DNA of 64,000 nucleotides from Cladosporium halotolerans (taxonomy: Eukaryota). Location of the stretch: positions 372,001-436,000 of the forward strand of contig NW_027191452.1 in assembly GCF_011745625.1 (NCBI RefSeq). The letters run 5' to 3'. The position numbers and the translations under genes were made by a program. The notes beneath the pieces were generated by a model that saw only the letters and a list, made by a program, of their open reading frames with translations, had not been told where the DNA came from and did not search any database. How positions within the stretch are numbered: position 1 is the stretch's first letter; each line of letters starts with the position of its first letter. Positions 45,468-58,171 of this stretch are shown in pieces.

Positions 45468-46712
45468 TCACCATATCATCTTGAAGACGAAATAGTAAGC
45501 ATAGACGAATGGTGTCAGGACCAAAGTAAGCCACCTCCCCAGTTCGTCCTCACCAACCCGAAGGAGTAACCTCTCGATGCCGTTCCTGGGACTGCCAGGC
45601 GTCAAAAACATCGACTGGAGATTGCCGTAGGTCAGCTGCATGGTTTTCAGCGCACGGACGAACATATCCTCTTCGAACTCTTTGATACGTCGATCAAGCT
45701 CTGAGGGAAATGTTGAGGCCGAGATCGATTGTGTGATAGCGTCCGCGAGCTTGATACAGTCCTCGAAGGCAAGGTTGACGCCCTCTCCTGCGAAGGGAGT
45801 CATGAGGTGAGCCGCATCGCCTACGAGCGTGACGCCTTGCGCATGCTCCCAGCGATGTCCGACTGGGAGCATGTACAGGTTTCGCGGCTCGACGTAGTCT
45901 TCCGCCCGCTGCGTGAAGGCCACAAGTCTGGAGTCCCAGTCTGAGTAGTCTCGAAGGCAGGCCTCTTTGGAAGTCTTAGGATCGTGAACATCGTAGCCGC
46001 ATTCTTTCTGCCAGTCCTCAGACCGCACTTGCCATGTACCAATACTGAGGCTCCCATCGCCCATGTACTGCGCCATGATCGATTTCCCGTCAGACCAAGC
46101 GAATAGCGATCCGCGATTGACCAGCTTATATAGCTCTGGTTCTTTGATTTGGGCCTCTGGAATCCGGAATGCCTGACCAGCGATCCCTGAGTAGAATGGT
46201 CTCGCCTGAGTGACCGTTGGGCGTACTTTGCTCCACCCTCCGTCTGCCCCCACGATCAGGTCAAATCCTGTTTGCGAAGGCTTGTTGACGAAATGTAGAG
46301 TATGGTCAGAGCCAATGTGAGATAGCTTGTGACCCCACTGAACAACGTCCTGCGGCAGACTTTCGTATAGCAGACGCCTCAGCTCAGGACGATCAATCTC
46401 CGGCCGTCCGGTGGTCGAGCCTTCCTTGTTGCCGCTGAGCTTCAGATAGCACAGGAGATTCTTGTCCGCGAACGTCATGGCCTCAGAGTCGAATCTGGCG
46501 TATTTGAGAAATTCAACGTATAGCCCTGCCTCCTTGAGAGCTCGCTGTCCGGTCTTGACGTGAAGGTCCAAAGTGCCTCCTTGGCTGCGGAAGTTGATGC
46601 TGTCTTCACTTTCGAATATCGTGATTTCCAGATCAAGTGAGCGCTTTGTCAAAAGGCGGCCAAGCATGCAGCCTGCCGGACCGGCGCCAATAATGGCAAT
46701 TTTGAGTGGCAT
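45468..46712 (-). CDS. FAD-dependent monooxygenase, group A, TetX-like
   Basis: IAIIGAGPAG, RSQGGTLDL, RPEIDR, DLIVGADGGWSKVR and TLVGDAAHLMTPFAGEGVNLA motifs. Intronless, 414 aa. Confidence 0.9.
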   Translation of the reverse strand: MPLKIAIIGAGPAGCMLGRLLTKRSLDLEITIFESEDSINFRSQGGTLDLHVKTGQRALKEAGLYVEFLKYARFDSEAMTFADKNLLCYLKLSGNKEGSTTGRPEIDRPELRRLLYESLPQDVVQWGHKLSHIGSDHTLHFVNKPSQTGFDLIVGADGGWSKVRPTVTQARPFYSGIAGQAFRIPEAQIKEPELYKLVNRGSLFAWSDGKSIMAQYMGDGSLSIGTWQVRSEDWQKECGYDVHDPKTSKEACLRDYSDWDSRLVAFTQRAEDYVEPRNLYMLPVGHRWEHAQGVTLVGDAAHLMTPFAGEGVNLAFEDCIKLADAITQSISASTFPSELDRRIKEFEEDMFVRALKTMQLTYGNLQSMFLTPGSPRNGIERLLLRVGEDELGRWLTLVLTPFVYAYYFVFKMIW

Positions 46713-47201
46713 GGTGAAATGTGGTACGGAGAGCCTGTTCGCATGTAAGGTCGCAGTTGTGTTCAGCTGGAGCTGCAGCGTGCTTTGTTTCTCTTTGGAA
46801 GACAGTCAATAATAAAATAATGTCAATCAAGATGCAGCTAAGATCATCTGACTCAGCTAAATCATCGACCGTATAAAGCGTTCAGGTCCTCGCGGTCGTG
46901 TACGTTTTGGGAATGCGACATGGCCGCGGAGCCCGGACTTAAAGTACGGCTTCGGCCGTAAAACCATCAAGAAGGATTGAAGGATTCAAAAGTCCCCTGT
47001 CTTACCTTGGTAGCACGTACTGTCATCCTCGCAAGTCAAAAAGACAAAGGACGGCTGCGGCTTGCGTAAAGAATCATAGCATGAAAGTTGAAGCCGCCAG
47101 AGCTTGGATATTGATGATGTCCGATTTACCGAGATGATCTAATGATTCGAAAATATGGGATGGGACAATTGCGCTCGAAAACATGTTAGCAACACATACA
47201 T

Positions 47202-48900
47202 TTACAACCTCGCCTTCGGCATTTGCTTCATCGCCTGCCTCACACCCAGGTCTGCCAGGATCTCCTCGGTTCCACCCAAAATCGCGTCGAACTTATATCC
47301 GCGGTGGAACATCTCAACCACACGGCCCATACCGCCCCTAGTCAGGCCTCTTCCGCCGAAAATATTCGTCGCGTCGTCGGCGACGTCGTGAGCGCACCTT
47401 GTCGCGTGGGACTTCAGGAGCGCGATAGGGCCAGAGAGAAGCTTGCTTTGCTGCGCGTAGGTCATGTTGTTCATCTGGTGAGTAATCTGCTCGAGCCAGG
47501 CCTGGTTCGATTCGGCCAAGGAGATCATGCGGGCAATTTTTTGGCGGATGACGGGTTGCGAAATCAGAGGCTTGCCGAAGACGATGCGCTGATGCGACCA
47601 CTTCAGGCATTCTTCGACGACAAGACGCATCCAGCGGATGACACCGCCGCACATCATCCAGCGTTCCTGTGAAGAGAGTCAATTTCTTGTTTGTCGGAAT
47701 AAGCAAAGATCTGGAGACGTACATGGTTGAAGTTAGACATGACGACTTCGAACCCTTGCCCTTCTCTACCCAGAAGGTTCTTGACGGGGACCTTAGCTTT
47801 GTCGAACTGGATATACGTAGTTCCTGCAGCAGTGGAGTATGATGTCTTGATGAGTTTCGTCTCAACTGCCTCGCTACGCGGGACGAGGAGTACGGAAAAT
47901 CCTTTGGCAGTCTTGCAAGCCACGACGAAGTAGTCGCTGAACATGCCGTTTGTGATCCACTTCTTCGTGCCTGAGACGAGGAAATGCTGGCCGTCCTCAG
48001 TGAGTTCTGCAGTCGTCCGGATACCGGCAACGTCGGAGCCTGCGAAAGCCTCGGTGACTGCCAAACACATTTTCCTGCGAGGATGTCAGTCAACCATCAG
48101 TATTGAAAGGCTTCCAAACGTACTTCTTTCCAGACAGGACCTCATCCGTGACCTTCTGTTTCAGTTCTTCGTCCCAGAGCCACTGCTGCACAGCAGTAAG
48201 AGAAATGGCCATGCCGGCCATGTTGCCATCCTGAAATCCACGTGCCGCAGGACGGGCAAGCTCCTGACCAACAATCATGTCGTGGAAATAATCGAATTCC
48301 TTTCCGTCCACTACACCGCCCAAGATGTTCTTCCCGTGGAGATGCTTGCCCGGGCCCAAACGCATAGCAAGCACATTGGTCTCGGCCATCTTGTCGATCA
48401 GCTCCTGGGAGATAAACGTGCCGTCGTCCTCCTTCTCCCTCGCCTCTGGGGTGACGTGCTCGTCGGTGAACTTGCGCATCGCCTTCTGAAGTCGTCTGTG
48501 GCTGTCATTGTAATACGGGCTGGCAGATTCCGGCTTCAACCACAGCGGTTCGGCGTAAGGGACCTCGCTCAGATCACCAGGCTGAGGGTCGGCGATCTCG
48601 GATTTCTCGCCCTCCACCTCACCGAGGCAGAGGGACGAGTACTTTTGCAACACCTCATGTCGGTGGAGGTTGTAGAAGGCCTCGGTCGAATCTGTGCCTG
48701 CTATTTGGGCGAGGACGACGGAGCCGCCAGGGTGGGCGTCGATGAAGTCGGACAAATCGTATACTTTGTGATCGATGATTGTCCAGATATCCTCCTCGGT
48801 GTTGTGCTGTCAAGGTGTCAGCTAATTCGAATGCTGCTTGATTGGATCGTGGAGAGTGGCAAACCTTAGCGACTTCCTCGCGGGTGAGTGAGACGCTCAT
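47202..48900 (-). CDS. Acyl-CoA dehydrogenase with an N-terminal cytochrome b5 domain (4 exons)
   Basis: TREEVAKHN..IWTIIDHKVYDLSDFIDAHPGG (cytochrome b5); CLAVTEAFAGSDVAG, GTKKWITNG, NFNHER, FGGRG and AILGGTEEI motifs. The C-terminal ARL resembles a PTS1 peroxisomal signal. Confidence 0.92.
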
Positions 48901-49427
48901 AATGGGCAAACTGATGGTGTATCTAAGAATCTATCACGCCTTTCACCAGACACTAGCGCGACTGGCTGATCAAATGTACAAGTGTGTTTCGCGAAGGTTA
49001 GCCATTTGATGACCTATCCGAAAGACCTGGGATGGTTGCCGAGGGCGAACGTGCCGAGGTTGACGATCCCTGCCTGCTTCAGAACCGACAGGGGTTCGAT
49101 CGACTCCGAGCCTGTCATCCTGCCTTTCTCCCATAGAATGCTAAACCGGAAATACAGTATCACTAACGTTAAGCAAAAGTGCTGGATTGCTACACAACAC
49201 AGCTGAATAGAAAATGCGTAATGCGAGTGAGCTTCGATAAATTTAGTGACATCACATCTGAGTTTCGACACCCAGCATGCCACCTTGAAGATCACGTCTG
49301 GAAACACCATGATGGTCGGAGCAGCTAAATACTTGCGGGCTCGCAACTCATGCTTCGTTTCATTCATTTCTCCTCGTCACTTGCGTAGCACCTTCTCTAC
49401 AAAAAATCGTCATGCAGCCTCAGAGGC

Positions 49428-50696
49428 TTACAAGTGCTTCTCGTTGACAAGCGAGATACGGTAACGGACCTTACCCGACTCGAACCTCACAATCGCATCG
49501 TTCGCCTTCTCCATCGGAATCTTCTCGATCCAAGGCTGCAACTTCTTGTCAGCGGCAAACTTCAGCATCTCGTCGATCTGCCACGGCGGGCCGATCGCAG
49601 AGCCCGCGAACTGCACGCCCTTCACGATGAATGCGAAAGCAGTAAGATCGGGCAGCTTGTCCTCTGGCGCTCCGACTTGCACAAACGTTCCTTTGGTCCG
49701 TAGAAGGCCCAGGTAGTCGGTCAGGGGCATCTTCGGGCTGGAGACTGTGCAGACGATCAGATCGAGGGAGCGAGCGTGATGCTTGGCCCACTAGGTTCTT
49801 GTTAGCCGGCATTGACAATTGAAGTCTGCTGGCAGTCTTCAACTCACCTCTTTATCCTCGTCGGTGGAGATATACTCGTCCGCACCCATTTTCAGAACGT
49901 CGGACTTCTTGTCGGCCTTGCGACTAATACCAACGACCTTGTCGGCGCCGAGCGCTTTTGCAAACAGCACGCCGAAGTGTCCCAGACCACCTACGCCAAT
50001 GATGCCGACCTTCTTTCCGGGACCGCAACCATGATTCTTCAGAGGACTGTAGAGAGTAATGCCACCGCAAAGCATGGGAGCCGCTGCTTCAGAAGCAATG
50101 CCGTCGGGAATCTTCATCACAAAGTGGCTAGGCATCTTCGGTCAGCTTAGCAAATCATCCATTGGTTGGACACACAAGCATACCTCGGAGCGCGGTGGTA
50201 GTCGGCATAACCACCGTAAGACATGCTGCCGTCGGGATAGGTGTCGGCGAAGGTATTGGTGCCATGGGTGCAGTAGTTTTCGTCGCCATTGCTGCACTCC
50301 TCGCAGTCAGGCTTCAGGCAGGAGTTGTTCTGGGCGCCGACGCCGACGCGATCGCCGACCTTGATGCCCTTCTCGACCTTGCTACCGACACGCACGGCTG
50401 TACCGACGATTTCGTGGCCGACGCAGACGGGCTGTAGGGAACATTATCGTCAGCATTGGCCGCTCTCCGAGCCACTGGAAACACAGCGAGAAACGAACGT
50501 ATGGTGTCGGGCCCCAGCCGGAGCGCAATGTGTGCAGATCAGAGCCGCAGATACCAGCGTGGGTGATCTTGATGTCGACATCGTTCTCCTCGAACGGCTT
50601 TCTGTTGTCGGGAAACTCCTGCCAGACCATCTTGCCGTCGGCGGACTCTGGGCCCAGGCCCATCCATCCCTGGAACTTGTAATCTTCGCCAGGCAT
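49428..50696 (-). CDS. NADPH-dependent medium-chain (cinnamyl-type, Adh6/7-like) alcohol dehydrogenase (4 exons)
   Basis: GICGSDLH, GHE, GDRVGVGAQ, structural Zn CxxC motifs, APMLCGGITLYSPL, GVGGLGHFG and GKVRYR. Confidence 0.92.
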
Positions 50697-51609
50697 TTTC
50701 GACGTGTTTGATAAGGGTGAGAAGAAGGATGAGTTGGTGAAAAGGGTGAATGAATTGCACGCAAGAGTGGGAAGCTCACAAGCAGGACGAAGCTACAAAT
50801 ACCTTTCACTCTGCTCTGGAGCATGAGCTACGCACCATGACATCGCACGAACGAGAGCCACGCAAACTCCGTTATCACCGTCGCGGCGGTGGCCACCTCC
50901 CACCACCGTGCGCGCCCGCATTCTCCATCAGCATGCGCGGGTGGAGTGACTACGGAGATCCAATGATCGCCCACCTCGACCGCCCTTGCGCGCTCACTGC
51001 TCTAGACCAGTGAGTGACGTCAAGAAGGAACCGGGTCAAAGCCAAATGGTGCATGGGAAAACACCTTGGCGACCCTCAATGAGGCTCAATGGTCTGGGAG
51101 GTGGCCCTACGGACAGATCGCCGGCCCATTGCCAATGATCTCACGTGTTGATGTCGCTGTGGGGGCGGCCGCGCGCGGGCCTGATTGAGGGGGACGTGGG
51201 GCACCGCAGAAGTGCAGCCGCGTTGTACCGCGGCCAAACGGCGTCCGAATGAGCCTGCAGTAGGTAGAGTGATATGTGCAACACAACGGGAGGACGGCAC
51301 TTGTCACATTGTCCGACTGACGGCGAGGCGGTTGTGATCAAATCTAGCCAGACGGTGAGAACGCACAATTGAGCAGCATGTCAGCAGACCTCTCATACAG
51401 CGTCCCATCGCTACATATGCCGTGAGGCAATGGCACGCTAGTACGACAGTTCGTTTGAAATAGAATTAGAAAGTGAATTCATCGTGGTCGCGTAGGCACA
51501 GAGCGTCTCCTGGCACTCAGCAACCCTCTTGCTTTGATGACCCTCGGTGCACAACATCTTCCGGAGCGTAAGCCAGGCCGCCGTAAACCATGATCAGCTC
51601 CCTGATGGA

Positions 51610-52647
51610 TCAAGCCTGGGCCTCGACCACTCTGGGCGCCTCCGCAATGCTCATGCCAGCCATCATCTGCTGTAATCCGAGTAGAGGCTCGGGTTGCTCT
51701 TCCCATCCCCTCAACGGACCCCAGACCAGCTTCTTGCCGGCCTCTTCAATTGTACGTCTCAGGGCCGTGATGAGAGGCGCGCCTTGCTTGATTCCAGGAA
51801 ACGCGTCGATCTCGACTGTTTCCAAGCGCGGGACCTGTTCCAGGATCCCACGCAATATTTCCATGCAGAACCACTTGTAGGTGTCCTCGTTGGCGTTCTT
51901 TCCACGGAAGCCATTGAAAAAGCTGTCGCTTGGGTCGCATTGGACGAATATCTTGAGCAGCCTGAGGTTCGTGCAGTCGCGAAGCCCCAAGCTAGGCTCT
52001 GTGTTTTGGCATTTCGGTATCTTGCTCCAGCCTTTTCCGAAACGGACTTCCATGGTATTGATAATGTTGCGGTATCTGGGAGGGATGCGTGCGAGCAACG
52101 GCTGCTTTGTGTAGAAGAATCGATCGTGGTGCGGGTACAGGCGCATAGGCTGGCTGTAGAAGACGCGGTATGCTTCATCGTGCATTTGGCGGCTGACTTG
52201 CAGTAGACTAAGCCGTGGCCGGACAAGGAACCAATTTACGTTGGGCTCTGGATAGCAGATGTCAGTTGACCACTAATACTTGCTTTAGGTGTACGACAGC
52301 GACTCACCAAGATCAAGCGGCGGGTCAGGACGCTCGTCAAGGCCTACAATGTTCCCGGCCCGCTGCTTGCCCTCATAGAGTTCCATAACGTGCCGCTCTG
52401 TGATATGGAAGACCTCCTCGTATATGCGCAATCTTAGCTCCGAAGGCAAGTCAAAGAAGCGAAATGGTTGCCTCTTGACAGGCGGTTCATCATCCATATC
52501 CTCCTCTTCCTCTTTCACCAGTGGCGGAGGTGAATGTGAACGCGTTGGCAGCGTGGAAGCGGGTTGCGAAGATGACGGCGAAGCGTTCGAAGGCGTAGTG
52601 GCTTTTGCCTTCGAAGCGATAGGCTTCGCTTTACGGTTCTTCGCCAT
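51610..52647 (-). CDS. Hypothetical protein with an F-box-like motif (2 exons)
   Basis: PFRFFDLPSELRLRIYEEV and LQVSRQMHDEAYRVFYSQPMRL. Intron at about 52248-52307. Confidence 0.75.
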
Positions 52648-53264
52648 TATGAACAGCGCGCAGGAACGATGTACTAGACGGTATTTGTCCAAGTGAAGCA
52701 ATTACGAGGGAGAGTACAGGTAAGGGAAGGTGCAAGACCAGCTCAAGCCATCGCGTGACCCGGCATCTAATTACGCAGCCATGTTGATAGCTGTAGACGC
52801 GAAGACTGATTGCGGAGTGGCGTTGTGTGCGAAGGCTTTGTCGAGGTGGATGTTGTGGTTACAGTAGTGGATGGTCGGTCGCTCGCGGCGGAGGATGAAC
52901 GCGGGCCTAGGCTCAGGCAAGGCACGTGATGGGTTGTACAGTCATAACGGGAGTCCCTGTGTAATCGCGAAGGTGCTCACAGCGCTTCTTTGTAGACGGT
53001 CGTTTGTCTGCCCAACGGGTTTCAACTTCGTCTCCAGGATACGCGGATAGAAGCCTAAATTTCTCGAAGGGGGTCAACTTTCATGTGAAGAAAAGAAAAG
53101 AGAGTCGCGAGGCGGGGCGAGTTCGTGCTTTGTAGGCGTGTGCGCCGGGAGTTTCTCGGGCGAGCCGGTCGTGTCCACCTCAGGCATCTGGAAGTCGCAA
53201 CCATCAATTCAGTGGCCCTTGAGAGCGGTGATCAACTTAGCCATACAATTCGAGAGTAACAACC

Positions 53265-56200
53265 ATGGCCTCGTTTGCGATAGAGGTACCCGGCGAGGCC
53301 AACCCACTGACGGAAAACTTGCTCATCCATAGCCTTACAGCGGCTACTTCGTCGGATCCACAACAAATTCAGAGTGCCACCAAGCAGTTGCAGTCATGGG
53401 AGAAGTCACAACGCTTCTACGTACATCTTCAGTCGGCCTACCTTGACAGACGACTACCGCTGGAGATAAGATATCTGGCGATCATTCAACTTAAAAATGG
53501 CATCGACAAATACTGGAGAAAAACTGCAACAAAGTAAGTATAATTGATTTCCTTCTTCGATATGTGTACATGTGTGGTCAACTTCGAAGACTATGGACAT
53601 TAAGTGATTAGATACATACCTCAACTTCGATCTTCTTGCTGAAGAGTATGGAGGATTTTGGCTATGCGGGTGCGATTCTTTTTGTGCTGACGAGGTTGAT
53701 CAGCGCAGTGTCGAAGGAAGACAAGGAAATCATACGCTCTCGCCTTGTCGAAGGTGTACTCTCCGAGGGTAACAACAGACTCGCGCTACAAAATGCCCTC
53801 GTATACTCGAAGATTGCTCGTTTCGAGTTTCCTCAAGAATGGCCTGACGCAATTACTTCAATCTTGGGCACCGTCAGGAACCGCAATGATCATGCCCGGG
53901 AAGGGAATGCACTGCTCGTGCTACTGCAACTCACCAAAGAACTCTCTACGGGACGCTTGCAGAGGACTAGGCAGCACCTGCAGAGCGTGACGCCAGAGAT
54001 GATACATGCGATTGGCGAGCGGTATGCCAACCACGTCGACTCGTGGCGCGCTTCTGTAGACCAGCAGCCCGGCGACCCTGCAGTTGAAGCGGCTATGAAA
54101 GATAGCTTGCTTTGCATCAAGACGCTGAGGCGCCTGTTGATCACGGGCTATGAGCACCCGAATAGAGACAACGATGTCGTTGCGTTCTGGAAATTGTCCA
54201 TCCAAAATCTTGGAGCGTTCATGCAATTACGGAGCAACAGTCAATTGACCGATACAACAAGAACACTTCTGGAGAAACACATGCTGCAGCTTGCAAAACT
54301 GCACCACGAGCTTTCACGAGACCATCCTGCCGCATTTGCTCTTCTCCCAGACTCCATGGAGCTCGTGCACTCTTACTGGTCAGTGACGAAGGAATTTGGA
54401 GAGGGCTTTGGCTCAAAAGAAGCTGTGACATCTGCGGTTGCCAATGCAAGCGTCGGCACCGACGGTGATCTAAATGACCAGACAGTCATGGAGAAATTGG
54501 TATTGCGAGGTATGCTCATCCTGAGAGCTTGCGTCAAGATGGTACACAATCCTACTCAGACCTTCAAATACAAGCAGCCACAGGACAAAGAGGAGCGGAA
54601 TCAGGCTACTGAGCTTTTGAAGCAACACCTCTTACAAGAGAATTTCATCCGCGATATCATGGAGACGGTGGTGACCCGCTATTTTGTCTTCCGGGCAAGC
54701 GATCTCAGAGAATGGGAAGAAGAGCCCGAAGAGTGGGAGAAGAGAGAAGATGGCGACAGTGAAGACTGGGAGTTCAGCGTCAGGTCTTGCTCTGAGAAGC
54801 TTTTCCTTGACCTCGCCATCAATTACAAGACGATACTGGTGCAGCCGCTGTTGCAAGTGTTCTACTCCGTCGCCACGCAAGACAACGAGGACGTTTTGTT
54901 CAAGGACTCGGTCTACACGGCAATAGGATTGTCGGCGCCGGTCGTCTTCGAGCACCTCGACTTCGACGCATTCATCCGGGATGTTCTTGTTCAGGAAGTC
55001 CAGAAACAAAAGCCGGGCTTCAATATCCTGCGTCGACGCGCGAGCATACTGCTTGGTCAATGGATCTCCGTCAAAGTCGGGGATCAGAGCAGACCTCTGG
55101 TCTATCAAATATTCCAGCACCTCCTCACCAAAGATGGACAGCCGTTGAACGATCAAGTCGTTCGCGTGACGGCAGGCCGCCAACTGAAGAACATCGCAGA
55201 CGATTGGGAGTTCAAAGCGGAGCACTTCCTTCCGTACGCTGAAACAATTCTGGGAAGCATGATGCAGCTGATCGACGAGGTCGAGCTCACCGAGACTAAG
55301 ATGGCCCTCCTCAACACCATCTCAGTCATCGTCGAACGCCTGGAGCACAACATTTCACCCTTCGCCGAGCGGATCATCGGACTCCTGCCGCCCCTCTGGG
55401 AGCAATCCGGCGACGAGCACCTCATGAAGCAAGCCATCCTAACCATCCTCGCGCGCCTCGTCAACGCCATGAAAGCCGACTCCCTCACCTTCCACTCCCT
55501 TGTCCTTCCAATCATCAAAGGCGCCATCGAGCCCGACTCCGAAACCCAAGTCTACCTCCTCGAGGACGCGCTCGACCTCTGGGCCAACATCATCGCCCAA
55601 ACCCCCTCCTCCTCCGCCTCCCCAGAACTCCTCTCCCTCGCGCCCCACCTCCTCTCCATCTTCGAGCTCGGCTCCGAAAACCTCCGCAAAGCCCTCGAAA
55701 TCGCCGAATCCTACCTCCTCCTCGCCCCTGCCCACATGCTCTCCCCGCCCCTCCGCACCTCCCTCTTCACCTCCCTGACCTCCCTCCTCGGCTCCCTCCG
55801 CCCCGACGCCAACGGCCTCGTCTGCAACCTCGTCGAAGCCGCCGTCCGCGCCGCCGAGCACCTCGGCGCCGAGCCCGCCATCCAAGAAACAACCGCCGAC
55901 CTCGTCGCCACCGGCTTCCTCCCCGCCCTCCTCGCCGGCCTCCACGGCAGCTGGAAAGCGCACTGCACCACCGGCCCGCGCGCCCTCGACCCGCCCGTCG
56001 ACGGCATCGTCGAAACAGACTACCTGTCCATCCTCGCGCGCCTCGCCGTCGCCTCGCCCCCGACCTTCTGCCACGCCCTCTCCGCCGCCGCCCCCGGCTC
56101 CGCCGACCTGCACGCGACCCTCACCTGGCTGCTGGAAGAGTGGACCTCGCACGCAGACAACATCGGCTCGCCCGCGCGCCGCAAGCTCGCCGCCCTCGCG

Positions 56201-56575
56201 CTCGCCCGGCTCCTCTCCACCGCGCACCCGGCCGTGCTCGCGCAGCTGCAGGCGCTCATGACGCTGTGGACGGACGTCGTCGTCGAGCTGCGCGAGGAAG
56301 CCGCGGACCTGGGCGCCGAGCCCGCGAACAGGCTGTCGGACAGCCTGGTGTACGCCGCGGGCGCGCCGGAGGAGGGCGCGGGGCCCGAGGCGCCGGAGGA
56401 GGGGAGGCGAAGGGAGCTGGCGAATGCGGATGTCGTGCATCGGGTGGGGTTGCCGGAGTGGGTGAAGTTTTATTTGGGGGAGGCGGTGGGAGGGGTGCGG
56501 GATTTTAGGGAGGAGTGGTTGGGTAGGGTGGATGGGGATGTTGTTAGGGCGTTTGGGGCGTTGGGGATTATGTGA
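53265..56575 (+). CDS. KAP120: Importin-beta family karyopherin (importin-11/Kap120)
   Basis: MASFAIEVPGEANPL; IBN_N motif IRYLAIIQLKNGIDKYWRKTA; KIARFEFPQEWPD, LREWEEEPEEW, ILRRRASILLGQW and YLLEDALDLW. Intron 53534-53703. Confidence 0.9.
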
Positions 56576-57000
56576 TGGTTGTTGGGAGGGGGTGATGGGG
56601 ATGGTTTGTTGGTGGGGAGGGAGTGTTGGAGCGGGAAAGGGGTCGGTGGGATTTGTTTGGAGTGAGAGGCATGGCGTAGGAGTGAGTAGTAGAGGTGAAG
56701 GAGAGAAGACGATTCCGTGAGAACTCCAGTTTCTGCATTATTCGTAGGCGAAGACGCCCTAGCTTTGCTGTCATGAATACCTTATGTTTCGTTTGTAGTA
56801 CGCCGGCTGGCTCGGCCGGCGTAGCTGTCTCGTGACTGTATCCAAACCAAAAAAAAAATCAATGAACTCGCGTCAAAAACCAAAACCTAATGCCCGCCCG
56901 CTTGATCAATATCGTAAAAGTCATAATCCCCCTTTAATCCGTCCCATCCCTCATCCCACATTACCCTTCCGTAATAGCCATGACGACCGGTACGACCAGA

Positions 57001-58171
57001 CTACCTCATACTACTCCTCGCCCTCCGATCGTACCGGTCATCATACCGATCGTCGTACCTCTCCCCCCTCTCCCTCTTCTCATCCCTCCAATCCCTCCAC
57101 TTGTTCTCCGCCAGATTCGCTCCCAAGCCACCAACGACCGCGCCAATCGCCATATCGCGCTTGCTATTCTTGCGGCCGCCGCTGAACTCGCGCCCAGCGA
57201 AGCCGCCGATCAGCGCGCCCGCGACGCCCACGCCCAGCCCTTGCAGCGACGTGTCGAAGTGCTCGTCGAACTTGCCGCGGATGCCGGACCGGCTGCGGCT
57301 GCGACTACGCGAGCGCGAGCGCGAGTAGGAGTCGCGCCGGCCGCGGGATTTGTCGCGGCGGGAGCGGGAGCGCGTGCTTTGCGCGGCGACGAGGTCGCCT
57401 TGCGAGCGCCGGTAGGGTTGCATTTGGTTGTTTTGCTGCGGCGAGAGGTAGGGGCCGGCTTGGTAGGGGCCGGACTGGTAGGCGTCGTTGAAGGATGGGT
57501 TGCGGGTGTGGTCGCGGGCGGGCTGGGAGGGGGCGTTAGTAGGTTGGAGAATCGTTGGATGGGATGGGAAGACGTACTCCGCGGTACCGCTCGGTTTCGA
57601 TGATCTCGCGGTCGAAGTCGCGGTCGCGGTCGGCGTCGTAGCCGCGACCGCTGGCTTTGAAGCGACGGCCAGTACGGTCGTCGTAGTCGCTGTCGTACTC
57701 ATCGTCGTAGTAGTCGTCGTACTTGCTGCCGCCGCGAGAAGCCGGGCGCTCGGAGCGGCCGTAGCCGCCGTTGGCGTGCGACATTCTGGTGCTGTCGCGA
57801 CGGTCGTCCTTGTTTCGGCGCTGCAAGCGGGAGGAGGTGCCTACGAGAGAGGCGGAGGGCTTGCGCGAGGGGTCGTCTCGCTCGGCTTCGTATTCGCGAA
57901 GGACTCGCTCGCTCTGCTCGCTCTCTTCGTCCAGGTCGTGCCGGCTCGGGCTGAGGTCGAAATGCGTGCGGGAGGACGGGGCTCCGCGGCGTGAGGCGGG
58001 TGGTTGGTGGTCGGAGGGGTCGCCCCGCGGGCGGGCGGAGTCAGAAATGGCTGCGTTGTCCTTGCTCTTGGGCGCCTTGTGGCCGGTGACGACGTCGTAG
58101 AGCTTGTCGAAGTACTTAGTGTCGGCGAAGGCGTCGACAGTCGTTGCAGCGAATTCGACGGGGTAATCCAT
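57001..58171 (-). CDS. Hypothetical protein with a C-terminal glycine-zipper 2TM motif and RS-rich tracts (2 exons)
   Basis: GLGVGVAGALIGGFAGRE...AIGAVVGGLGANLAE and SRSRSRSRSRS. Intron at about 57523-57575 (GTACGT..CTAAC..CAG) joins ORF 58171 to ORF 57702. Confidence 0.75.

Noticed and set aside
55439..56440. Long Gly/Glu-rich antisense ORF in KAP120 (similar cases at 39944-40921 and 61116-61964)
   Set aside because: Low-complexity products of extreme GC skew, which depletes stop codons. They overlap well-supported genes.
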